64,000 nt of DNA from a virus: positions 64,001 to 128,000 of the IMG/VR virus record IMGVR_UViG_3300045125_000034; one strand, written 5' to 3'. Of this stretch, positions 23,612 through 38,200 are shown in pieces. Position numbers and translations under genes: made by a program. A model generated the notes under the pieces. The model did not search any database and had not been told where the DNA came from. It was given only the letters and a program-made list of their open reading frames with translations. Every line of letters starts with the position of its first letter. The stretch's first letter is position 1.

Positions 23612-24600
23612 ATTACCATACCATCTGCCCGTGGGGTTATTACTCGTTCCCCGATGGCTGAAGAGGGAGTAGTTACAACCAAAAAGTCTTCAGGAACATT
23701 TCCGCTTGTATGTAGCAGTATGCGTCCTCGATAGCGGGGGTTATAATTACACCACGATGAGAGTAACAGTTCTTTGGTGGGATGGAACCAAAACAACACA
23801 GAGTTATGATGTTGGTTTTACTCCAGAACTTGGTGGAGGAATAATGTGTGATATACCATTTACATTCAGCAAGAGTGTAAGTAGCCCATACAACAATACT
23901 AACGATAAAATAGTGCGGGTGTTTCTATCTGATGCAAACGGAAAAGCATTAGGCTACAAGAAAAATGCTTGGATATCCACATTAAATGTTATGGACACTA
24001 TTGCATACTCAGATAACGGAGTAAGTGCAATTGATGTTTCTGGATTGAGTAGATTGGGTGAGTTGACTACAGAATTAAACCAAAATCTAACTACGCTAAA
24101 TCGTTTACCAAAATCATTAGTGTATATCTTTAGCGGAAATTGCGGTCTCACAAATGTAAATGTTACTGGTTTAACAAATCTTTCATCTCTTCATGTATAT
24201 GCATCGGCATTAACTTCTTGATGTATCTTCATGTACGGGGCTAACCGATCTTTGGGCTTTTTCCTGCAATTTAACGGGAACACTAACCCTAAATGGATTG
24301 AGTGGTCTTTCCGTAGTTAAAGTACACGGCAATCCTAATTTGACATCTGTTCGTGCTATGGGGGTTGGTGGTAACATGGGTACTTATTACTCATATTCAA
24401 GTTATTCAGTCTTCTATTCGGGCATGAATGTCAGCCTGCAATCTGAGTGGATCTGCTTTGAATCAACTTTATACAGATTTGGATACTCCTTCGTCAGGAC
24501 CAAATGCATACCTTATAGTTGGAAATCAGGCAGGAGGAGGAGAAGCATCAGACACTCCAAGTATTGCTACCAATAAGGGTTATACAGTTCTACTTTAGTG
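23608..24600 (+). CDS. AT-rich protein with leucine-rich-repeat-like segment
   Basis: IDVSGLSRLGEL, NVTGLTNLSSL, DVSSCTGLTDL and LNGLSGLSVV repeats. Confidence 0.55.
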
Positions 24601-24613
24601 ATGGCGCACCCCC

Positions 24614-25204
24614 ATGAGATATTTTATCACCCCAAACTATAGTCTTGCGTTCATACCAAAGCAGCGGCTGTTCTACTCTTGCTCGCTGTGTAATAGATTC
24701 CTTCCAGCTCTTCCGAAAATTTCTCAATAGAAAACGGAGCGTATCCCGAAGGCAGAAGTGCCGACACCTCTCAATGGCAATGGATGGCAAAGGTGGAACA
24801 CACACCAACCAAACCAATACTTGCATTCATACGCGAACCGCTGTCTCGCTTTCTTTCTGCTATGGCACAGTTTGGGCTAACTGATGTTCCTGCTGCTATA
24901 GAGTCTCTTACAGCGGGAACGCATCTACAACTACGCAGAAGAACCATAGACCTATCAGTGAAATCCGCATTTCTTGCCGCAGATAAAGTGGGTAGATGCC
25001 AATACCAAACTGTATAAATTTCCGCACCATCTAAACGAAGGTGCATTGGAAATAGGATTCACTCTACCACTACCAACAATTAATGCAGCCTCAAATCCAA
25101 AACCTGTTCCCACTCCCGAACAAGAAGCAGCAATACTTCAGTACTACGCAGAAGATACGATTCTTTACAATTCAATCACGACACCACGTGAATTACAGGA
25201 ATAG
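24614..25204 (+). CDS. sulfotransferase-family-like protein, indel-split
   Basis: 5'-PSB-like AFIPK(S)GCST and 3'-PB-like FIREPLSRFLSA; C-terminal YYAED..LY. Confidence 0.6.
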
Positions 25205-25229
25205 TTGAAGGCGTATCTCTGCAACAGAA

Positions 25230-25257
25230 TTGACATCAGCAAAATCTGTGGTATACT
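25230..25257 (+). promoter_or_regulatory. sigma70-type promoter of nrdJ
   Basis: TTGACA, 16 nt, TG-G-TATACT. Confidence 0.75.
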
Positions 25258-25316
25258 AGGCGTAATCAAAGCGTCTGTTCCTACATACAGGAACAAGACA
25301 ACTAGGGAGAAATGCT

Positions 25317-27260
25317 ATGAGTAACCACAACGGTTTGCCTACCCCATATCAATCTTTCATCCATCTTTCTCGTTACAGCAGATGGATGCCTGAAAAGAAT
25401 CGCAGAGAGACTTGGGAGGAAACCGTCAACCGTTACTTTGACTTCTTCCAAACACACCCTGCAAGGAGAAGTGCGGCTACACCGTTACTGCCGCACAGCG
25501 TGAGGAGTTGCAGAACGTGGTACTCAATCTTGATGTGATGCCCTCCATGCGAGCCTTGATGACTGCGGGAGAAGCATTGCAGCGTGACCATGTTGCAGGC
25601 TACAACTGTGCATTCGTTGCGGTCAATCGTCTTCGTGCCTTTGACGAAATCCTCTACATTCTCATGTGCGGTACGGGCGTGGGCTTCTCTGTTGAGCAGC
25701 AGTTTGTAAACAAGTTGCCAACCATCGCGGAGGAGTTCAGCGACAGCGACACCATCATCGTTGTTGAGGACAGCAAGATCGGTTGGGCAAAGGCATTCAA
25801 GGAACTGGATGTCGCTTCTTGTGGGCGGTCAGGTTCCAAAGTGGGATGTATCAAAGGTTCGTCCCGCAGGTGCAAGACTAAAGACATTCGGTGGTAGAGC
25901 AAGCGGTCCTCGTCCATTAGGAGGATCTGTTCCGCTTCTGCGTTGAGACATTCAAGAGAGCAGCGGGTCGCAAGTTGACTTCTATTGAGGTTCACGACAT
26001 CGTTTGCAAGATCGCAGAGATCGTGGTAGTCGGCGGTGTTCGTCGTTCTGCTCTCATCTCTCTATCTGATCTGAACGACGAGCGTATGCGTGATGCCAAG
26101 ACAGGTGCGTGGTGGGAAGCCAATGCACAGCGAGCCTTGACTAACAACTCTGCCGTCTACAAGGAGCGTCCTGAAGTAGGAACATTCATGAAGGAATGGC
26201 TGTCTCTTTACAACAGTCAAGTCGGGCGAGCGTGGCATCTTCAATCGTGATGCTGCCAAGCGAACCGTTGCGAAGTTGGGAGATCGTCGTGATTCAAACT
26301 ACGAGTTCGGAACCAACCCATGCTCGGAGATCATTCCTCCGTGATCGTGAGTTCTGCAATCTCTCCGAAGTTGTGGTTCGTAAGGATGACACCGTAGAGA
26401 CCCTGAAGAACAAGGTTCGTCTTGCTGCAATCCTTGGTACATGGCAGGCTAGTCTTGCTGACTTCCGTTACCTGTCAAGCGAGTGGCGTAAGAACTGCCA
26501 AGAGGAAGCCCTTCTTGGTGTATCTCTCACGGGCATCCTTGGATAACCCTATCATGCGTGGGACAGGCACGGAACTACAGTCCATGCTTGAGAATCTTCG
26601 TAAACACGCAGTTGACACAAACGAGAAGTGGGCAAACCGACTCAACATCAATCCCGCTGCTGCTATCACCTGTGTGAAGCCAAGCGGAACCGTATCGCAG
26701 TTGACGGATGCGGCTAGCGGTATTCATGCTCGCCACAACCCTTACTACATTCGTACCGTTCGTGCTGATCGTAAAGACCCTCTGTGCCAATTCATGTTGG
26801 ACAAGGGATTCCCGCAGAGCCGTGTGTGATGAAGCCCGATTCGGTCATGGTCTTCTCGTTCCCGATGAAGTCGCCCGATCATTGCATCACCCGTAACGAT
26901 ATGACGGCTATTGAACACCTTGACCTGTGGTTGGTGTATCAGAACTATTGGTGCGAACACAAGCCATCAATTACGGTAACGGTCAAGGAGCCTGAGTGGG
27001 TAGAGGTCGGTGCATGGGTCTACAAGCACTTGGATTCGGTATCAGGCATCTCGTTCCTACCCCACTCCGATCACTCCTACAAGCAGGCTCCCTATCAGGA
27101 CTGCACCAAGGAGGAATACGAAGCCTTCCTGAAGCGTATGCCCAAGGATGTGGATTGGACCGAACTGAGCAAGTACGAGAAGGAAGATAACACAAGTGGG
27201 ACGCAGACCTACGCCTGTTCTGCTAACTCCTGTGAAATCGTGGACTTAGTGAACTCGTAA
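25317..27260 (+). CDS. nrdJ: class II (adenosylcobalamin-dependent) ribonucleotide reductase, indel-split
   Basis: RRETWEETV, MPSMR, YNC, GTGVG, GGVRRSA, GTNPCSEI, CNLSEV, TCVKPSGTVS, EHKPSITV and C-terminal CSANSC; no small-subunit gene adjacent. Confidence 0.95.
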
Positions 27261-27288
27261 GGTCCGGATAAAAGAATTTGTGAAAAAC

Positions 27289-27328
27289 ACTCTCCACCCC
27301 TTGCTTTTGGGTGGAGAGTTGTTATATT
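27289..27328 (+). promoter_or_regulatory. promoter with its -35 box inside an 11-bp inverted repeat
   Basis: ACTCTCCACCC (27289-27299) / GGGTGGAGAGT (27309-27319); TTGCTT (27301-27306), 16 nt, TG-T-TATATT. Confidence 0.6.
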
Positions 27329-27350
27329 AGAGATGTAAAGGAAACCACCA

Positions 27351-28159
27351 ATGAGCAGCACCTCCCAAACAACCTACGAAGTCACCGAAGAGTTCAAGAA
27401 CGCGGCTTTGACCGAAGCCGAGCAGATCGCCAAGTTGGAGAAGGCAAGCACCGAGGGCAACTACTACTTGGAAGTCGCCGCCAAGTGCTTCGTCAAGAGC
27501 CGACTGTATGCGGGTCTCGCCGTCCGTAAGGAAACTTGGTCATGGCGCACCTTTGATGACTGCCGTAGTGGCGTGACCCGCCAAGTCCTTGCCCTGAACC
27601 TTGTGACGGGTGAGGTGTCGTGGGTGAACGACGGCGGCGGTGAGGATCTCTACGGCAGCACCGACGATACCAAGGGCAACATCCCCATGAACGCTACCCT
27701 GAGCAGCGGAAGCAGGCTCTTGAGTGGCTGAAGAACAATCGCGGCACTAACGCTGACCGCGATAGGCTTGCCTACCAACTGCGGTCGTGCGAGGAGACTG
27801 CCTCTCAGAAGGCGGCTGAAGCCTTCAATCGCCTGACCGAGATCCGCAAGGGCAACACCGTCAAGGTGGTCAAGGGTCGCAAGGTTCCTGTCGGGACTAC
27901 GGGTACGGTTGTGTGGGTCGGTAACAGCAACTACGGTCCTCGCGTCGGTATCAGTCCGAGCGGCAGGATGGTCGGTAAGCGGTACGCCGATGTTGTGTGG
28001 ACTGCCCTGACCAATGTGGAACTGAACGAACCCGCCATCGTGGAGGAGGCCAACCGTGCGGCTGCTGAAGCCCACCAAACCTACTACACGCGAGAGACCG
28101 CCGCCGCCTACGGTCGCTTCACCGAACTGATGGAGCGATACGCCCGACTGCTCGCCTGA
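27351..28159 (+). CDS. GC-rich hypothetical early protein with KOW/SH3-like segment, indel-split
   Basis: SD AAGGA; strong C-ending codon bias; KGNTVKVVKGRKVPVGTTGTVVWVG. Confidence 0.7.
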
Positions 28160-28180
28160 ACTAAACTTCAGTCCTTTACG

Positions 28181-28225
28181 GACCCCCTGCCACCCCGAAA
28201 GGGACTACGGTCGGCAGGGGTCTTT
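28181..28225 (+). terminator. branched terminator-like structure
   Basis: Outer stem GACCCC(C)TGCC/GGCAGGGGTC plus TTT, enclosing CCC-GAAA-GGG and AC-TACG-GT hairpins. Confidence 0.65.
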
Positions 28226-28237
28226 ATAAATATGTAG

Positions 28238-28787
28238 GTGAAGATCGTAGGCATTGACTATTCATTATGCTCTCCGTGCGTTGCCTTTATAGGCACGGAT
28301 ATGACCTATGAGGCACACTTCTCACGCCCACCCGCAGGCATGCGGGCGCGTGTACGCACCCGTGCGTGGCGCGGACAGGCGTGTACACACGCACGGGCAT
28401 GCGTACCCTGATTGGACCACAGAGGAAGAGAGACACCACAAGATATCCGAATGGGCTTTAGGTCTCTGTAAGGGTGCAGACCTGATCGTTATAGAGGACT
28501 ATGCTATGGGAGCCAAGGGTCGCGTTTTCAACATTGGGGAGAACGCGGGACTGTTGAAATGGAAACTGTGGCAGGGTGGATACCGATTTGAAAAGATACC
28601 GCCAACGGTCTTGAAGAAGTACGCCACAGGTAAGGGTAACGCCGACAAGGACAAGATGCACCAAGCCTTCCTAGATCGCTTTGGAGTCAATCTGAAGTCT
28701 TTGATGACTCCTGACGCAACCAAAGTAGGAAACCCCGTGAGCGATATCGTAGACGCTATCTTCCTCTGCTGCTACGGCGAGACTCTA

Positions 28788-28802
<15 letters not shown>
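28238..28802 (+). CDS. RuvC-like Holliday junction resolvase
   Basis: VGIDYSLCSP, IEDYA, IGENAGLLK, PPTVLKKYATGKGNADK, DIVDA. Confidence 0.9.
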
Positions 28803-31637
<2,835 letters not shown>

Positions 31638-31696
31638 TTATGACTTCTCCCCTAGAATTGTCTTGTGTATTTATCTCTTTTCAAATATCAGACGAA

Positions 31697-32056
31697 TCAC
31701 TTAGACACCTCGGGATATACTGTAATCATGCCCTGTTGCACTCTGCGAACGACATTACGCTCTTCCGGATTGCTATGTCCTGCACCGCCATCAATTCCAC
31801 ATCATAAAAATAGACTCCCGCTTTATTTCTGCGGTTTGAGATGCGGTTAGAGAAACTTTAATTCCTCCCTGAATCCCCTCTCAATTTTAGTCGCATTTAG
31901 TGTTATTGCTGTGGCAGAAGTGTAATATTTTCTCATTTGGCAATAAACAGAGTAGTCAAATTTGATGTTTTTAGGAGTCCCATCATCATTTTTGACGGTT
32001 ATCGTGAAAGAGAAAGTAGCCCCCTGATCCATGTCGTAGTTTACTGATGTTGCCAT
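31697..32056 (-). CDS. conserved T4-like structural protein
   Basis: DQGATFSFTI..QMRKYY..SLTASQTA..GVYFYDVE..RVQQGMITVYPEVSK*. Confidence 0.8.
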
Positions 32057-33525
32057 TAGGCTGTCCTCTGTGCTAGTAGGAACTTATAGGAGATACCACC
32101 GCTGCTCTTGAAGTAGCCACAGATACCCCTGCTACGCCACTCGCCCGGCAACTTGACATGATGCTCGTTGTTTAGTTCTTCGCCCCCGAACCAATAGAAC
32201 ATTTGGTTGTCTTCGCCCAAGCCAAGACGCACATAGATGTTCTGAAGGACACCGTTCACAGGTACGCCCTTGATGGAGTAGGGAAGCATATCCTCGTTTG
32301 GGTTGGGGCTTCGTTGAGAGACCGAAATCATGGTTCCAATTGGGTAGGTCTCTTCGCTGACGATTATGTTGTCTGAAGCCTTGGCTACACTCAACCCCTG
32401 CTTGATCTCGTTGGCGAGTTTGTCGGTGTAGTCCTTGGCTCGCTGAAGAACGGTTTCGGTTAGTGCTGTTCTGACTTTGCTGATCTCTTCCCGTGCGTCT
32501 TCAGTGAACCTTGGCAGCAACGGATTCCGGCATGCTTCTTTGCTTGGAAGAAGTATGACTTGTCTTGGCTCTCTATGAAGGCTCGGGTGTTGAGGTCTGT
32601 CATCACTTTTAGAACCACGATTCGTGTGGAATGATAAGTCCATCCTTGTGCTGCTGCTTGAACTCCTGATGCCGTTCCTGATGCTGTGGCCGAGGAAGCA
32701 TCCATTACCAATGGATAAGGATCAAAAGCACCTGCGGTTGATCCTGTGCATGTAGTGATCCTTGCCACTTACCTGCTCCTTTGGGTAAAGTAATTGTGAA
32801 AGTACCTCCATTAGATGCGGCAGGTGTTGGCTACCCATCTCGGGCGGAACAAATCTTGTATCTACAGTACTACTATACGAATGTTTGACTGCACATGACA
32901 ACAAAATTAGCCATTCTACTTCCATCAATAGTCAGAAGGTTGTAGCTTTCACTAAAGGTCATACCATCTTCGGGATCTGTGCGAACCCAAGATCCTGTTT
33001 GACCCGATACAACTATTCCCCCTGCGCCCGTTATTGTCAGAGTTCCTGTCCAATCGGGGTCTAACTGCTGGTCATTACCCGAGGCATCAATCCAGCGGGG
33101 ATTTCTACACTATCAAAGTATGATATTTCTCCTCCACCAGTTCTAGCATCTGTGTATGCATTAGCACTCTTTAATGTGGCGAGGTCTCTAGTATCAACAT
33201 ACTCTTTATTGCTTATATCACTATTTTCATCGGGTAGAACGGATGTTTTGGGAGTAATAGAGAAAGTCTTTATGCCCGTAATAGTTTCGTTTATATTGCC
33301 CGTTTTCTGAACAAAGTTTGATGTTACTTGTCTGTAGTAGGCTTGATCTTGTCCATCCACATAACTCTGTGGGACTCCTTGACCAGAACCCAAAGTCTGA
33401 CGAACATAACCAAGGTTGACCAAATCGTTGTCATCTCTTGGGGCAACATCACACTTGACGATGTTTCCTGCTACTATTGGACCGCTGTTTTCTGACGATA
33501 TCTTGTTGACTTTTATTTCAGACAT
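32056..33525 (-). CDS. tail fibre-like protein (MSEIKVN paralogue 1), indel-split
   Basis: P.DDNDLVNLGYV and DISNKEYVD fibre repeats; C-terminal LPGEWRSRG..LAQRTA. Confidence 0.65.
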
Positions 33526-33537
33526 GTTTTATTTTCC

Positions 33538-34410
33538 TCAAGACTTAATCAATAATCCAACATAACTCACTTCAGAAGCATCTCTTCCCCGCCTTGTCTA
33601 CTATATGTAATCGTTACAGGTCCGGGAGTGATAACATTCAGAGTTCCTATTGCAACTTCTGCACCTGCCTTGACATAATAGTGACCCGCATCGCCTCCCT
33701 TTGAATATTGATGATCGTGTGTATTTGTTACTGTGCGGCCACCGCTTGTTGCTGTAAGGTACATATACTCATATACTGTTCCCCCTGAAATCTTCCTTGT
33801 TGAACATTCCAAGTATTGTTATCCAAGCATAAGTTCCACTTGCCACATTTTGAAGAGTGTGGCTGTTTGTTCTTGAAGCGTTTTCGTTCATTCCAACAAC
33901 ATATACCTTTGATGCTGTCGTATTCAAGTAATCCAAGTTTACCAAATGACTTCCGAGTGTCGGAATGATTGAACATAGTGGAGCCAAATTATTGAATTGC
34001 GCTTGACCATTGATATTCATTTGGTTTTCAAAAGTGGAGGCTCCTACAAAACGACTTTGCTGTAGAGCGGTTAGAAGCCCTGTAGAGTTCACGGATACCT
34101 TGGGTGTTCCTGCTGTGGATATAGTCAATCCATTAGTCGAGTCAGCATAAATCGCGGCTCTTTCTGTAGTTCCCGAGTTGTTGGTAAACTGTAATATGGA
34201 TGTTCCGTTGTTCGCGGGAGACTTGATTCTTACCCCATAGTTTTGGGCTTGAACAGTCACTACTTCAACGGATCCTTCTATATCTGTATTGCCCGAAACA
34301 TAAAGAGCATCGCCTGCTGTTGTTGGTGCGGCGGTTCTGATTCCAACGGGATTGCTTATCTTTATCCCGCTACCTACTGCTGAAATGTTGTTGACTTTTA
34401 GTTCTGACAT
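33538..34410 (-). CDS. tail fibre-like protein (MSELKVN paralogue 2)
   Basis: VGIRTAAP..LYVSGN, ILQFTNN..ERAAIY, HLVNLDYL. Confidence 0.65.
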
Positions 34411-34414
34411 TGTA

Positions 34415-35226
34415 TCATCCTGTTGGTACTCTCATGATGTAGCATAGTGCATAGAATGGAGGAAGGGTTGGTGTGGTTATTGTTATCGGTTGTGGGGTAC
34501 TGCCCTCAGAAACCAAAGATTGGCTGTTTACATCTACTGGACCGAGTAAAGACGAGTCCACACTCCTTTAGTGTATCCTCTGGGGTTTCTTCTTCCTTCT
34601 TCTATCCAATCTGTTCCGCTATCTTGTATCTTGACGGTTCTTTTGTTTGCATCATAGGTGTAATTGCCCTCACCTCCACCTACATTATATTTGAATACGC
34701 CAATATGGCTATGCCAAGGCAAGTTGTTTGTTGTTAATACAACTGTTTGAGTCCAACTTGAATTACCACCTTGTTCAGCAACAGAATAGCCATCTCCTGC
34801 ACCAACCACAAAACGATTTCTCAAATCAGGAGGAGTCCAACTCTGCCCGTTAATTGTTCTCGTAACACCATCGCACAAAACCCAACCCACGGGAATATTA
34901 GAAGACAATCCCCACCACATAATGATGCCGCCGTAAGGAACACCTACAGTCCACTCAGGACTCAAGGAATTTCCTCTTGATGTTAGATGCTGCGGGGCTA
35001 CAGGGGTTAGTGAAGAAAACCTAGAGGCATCATCATACTTTGTGTATGCGTTTCCTGTAGAGTTATCAATTTCGGATCCCACATTTATTGGACTGTAGAT
35101 ATATGTGTGGTTGTCTTTTATGGTGAACAGAACAGAGCCTATTGTGTTCTGAACCTCCACACTTGGGGTAACCACTACTGTGTTTGCTGTTGCCGGCTCT
35201 AGTTTGTTTACTTTCAATTCTGACAT
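34415..35226 (-). CDS. tail-collar domain fibre protein (MSELKVN paralogue 3)
   Basis: VPYGGIIMWWG..IPVGWVLCDG..PDLRNRFVVGAG..LTTNNLP.HSH..PPFYALCYIMR. Confidence 0.85.
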
Positions 35227-35234
35227 TGTTTACC

Positions 35235-38200
35235 TCATACGATCTTCCATACAAATCCTTCAGATACAACTACTGTTCTTGTTTCCTTGATGGTTATGCC
35301 CTTGCCCGAATCCACCGTGTAAACTGCATTTGGGGTGTCGGGGAATAGAGATGGTTGCATGGTCATGCCAATATCTATAGTAGTTAGGCCGGCTTGCATT
35401 GAACATACCGCCGATAAACATACCGTGCTGTGGTGTTCTATCCCAAGATGTCGCACCCTGTAGGCTATCACCATCAAACAGGTGTGGTCCGATCTTGATA
35501 CCCGAGCCACGAACTTCAAGAGACATTGATGGGTTGGCTGTACGAACACCAACATTACCTCTGTTGTTTCCTGTGCCGCTCTTGATGTATACGCCAGATT
35601 GACGAAGAATACCCGAAGCACTATCAACCATCAACTTAAGATCGTTTCCATTACCTGTCACAATCCAAGCCTGATTGCCTGTGTAACCATCTCCCGAGTA
35701 GCCACCCAAAATGCGAATGTCGTATGCACCTGTCATACTTGCGGGGGACTTGATGTCTATGAATCCTCCACTAGCACCAGCTTCATATTGATCGAAGCCC
35801 ACTTGTACTGATCTTGAATCATCAAGTTGGCGGCTTGTGATGTTGCCGACAAGGCAGCAAACCAATAATTGCCGGGACCACCAAAAGTTATACCCCCGCC
35901 ATTTCTTATACTGTAGTGTGTGTCAGATGACTCTCTAGACAATGCTTGTATATTCCAACGAGCATTTTGTCTTCTTTCTGCCGTCATACCACTATCAGTA
36001 ATCAATTCCTTCTGTGGGTAATAATCATGACGAACATAACGATCATCGTGATTGTGTCCCGTTAGAATTAGAGCATTTGCTTCAGGCTTTGCCCTGATAA
36101 TCCAATGTACTACTACTGATGGTGGATACAAATATCCCGTATATTGAATCGGCGGTGCTGTTATTCCATAGCACTCGTTATAGTTGTATAGCGGTGTGTG
36201 GGGCAGCAGATTGGGCTAAATCCAGTTGAACTTGGGCAGCATTCTGTAGGAATTCCTGCACAAGAATCCGGTCCTGTTACACAGGTTGGGCAATCAGAAC
36301 AATCTACACCGCTTACTCCCGTGCATCCAAATGCCTGACAGTAAACACACTTGCATCCGGGGCAGTTCTTGCATAGTTCTACATCACCCAAGTTGCAATT
36401 TACACATTGTTCACAGCCGAATGACGGTGTGCAGCCTGTGCAAGAAATGCAGTAGTCGGGGATACTCCAGGTTACTCCTGTGCATCCATAAGCATTGCAA
36501 TAATTGCAACGACAAGGAGCCGCAGAACTTGCAGTAAGGAGAATATGTTGCTCCTGTTGGGCATCCCCAATTTACGCAATCGTTGCAGGTTGGTAAAGTT
36601 GGTCCCGGCCCGCCGCCGCCGTCGCCATCTACTTGACCACCACCACCACAACCTTCTGGAGTTGTGCATGGTCCAACTCCACCACCACTTCCTTGCCCCT
36701 CGCCCGATGGATCAACCATCATGGTAATTACAGGCTCTTCGGATACACAACTTTCGCCTTCACAACCACAATCTACGCACTTTGTGCAATCAACAACATT
36801 TATAATACCAGTAACCATAATTTACCGATACGGTATTTGGGCAACCACTCTGCAAGCACAACTGGCATTCGTAGGCGGTTGGTATTGCTGGATTTTCTTG
36901 AGTGCCAACTCCAGACCTTGCAGCAGCGACATAGTTATTCCAATATGAGAATCCTTGAGAACAGACGGCAGAATTGAAACCGCAAGCCAAGCAGTAATCT
37001 GAGCAACGATACTGTTTACCGCTAATGGTTACTATGGGATTTGTACTTCTTCGGCAAACATCACACAATAAGTACAGCATTCGCAATTTGAACCAAGGCA
37101 AGAGTTTTGTAGACACTCATCGCAATTGCATAGTGTTGTCGCGGTATCGCAAGTTCCTCCGACCAATCCATAAACAGAAGTGAACGGAGAATCCGAACCA
37201 GTAAACAAAGGAACCTGTTTTGCCTCTAGGTACAACCAAGTGTGTGCTTGCAGTCAAAGAATAAACCAAATCGTGGTTTACTTGACCCAAGTTCATTATA
37301 GAACCGTTGTCGAATAGTGATGTCTCTGTTGGCAATCCGCTACCAAATACTGTTCTATTCCTCAAATCGGGGATGAAGAACACACCACGACTTGCCAACT
37401 CATCCCTAGACACACCCTGTTGAGCAGGATAATCTGTTCTATGTCTTCCGTATAGACGAATTGAGTATTGTGATGGTTGCGTGCTTGCTACACGAATAAA
37501 GTCATAGAATTCTACACGATTCTTTTCTAGACCTGCTGGACCTTGATACTTACCTTGTGTTACCGATGAACCATTTGGATAGTTACGGAAAGCAAAGTTT
37601 ACGCTGTAAGTATCAACCACATTGTAGACGGTAGCATCGCGGAACGCCACTTCTGTCATCGTGTTTCTTGTCGTATACTGAAATTCTAACCAAATCGTTG
37701 CTTATTAGACCGCGATTGCCGCCACGAAGATCAAGTCTTATGATGCCCGGAACAACACTTGAAGACCCAGAACGAACTTCTACTACAGAGAACTTGTCTT
37801 CGTCTTCGTAGAAATTTGCACTTGTAATATTCGGGAAAGACGCATCGACATAGTACTTCTGATTGTCTACAAAGCCATTGCTTGTTCCAATAGCACGATA
37901 CAGTTCTTTCCACAAGCCGGGACGCAACTTACGACCGTCGCAATATAGCCATTCGTCTGTCAGTTCATTCAACGCACCGCTATATGGGGCGATTGAGCCA
38001 ACAGGTACTAGACCTTGTGCGTAGATTTCATCTGTTGCTATTCCGCCCTTCATGAAGCCGGGGAAGGACAGGACTATACCTGTGGCTGTTCTGTTATTTG
38101 CACTACCTGTCAACTGAACAGGCAAGAACATAGCCTTTTCTATGAAGTATGGATCACCAAATGTTGGACCAAAGTCTGTAGTCAGACCGCCACTCAAACC

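Noticed and set aside
357-27260. Stop-codon reassignment (alternative genetic code)
   Set aside because: In the genes traced, the breaks are frame changes rather than in-frame TAG/TGA at conserved positions, and TAA, TGA and TAG all appear at plausible gene ends.
25317-27260. Intron or intein in nrdJ (or gp41)
   Set aside because: Re-joined lengths (~650 and ~480 codons) are normal and the conserved motifs are contiguous.
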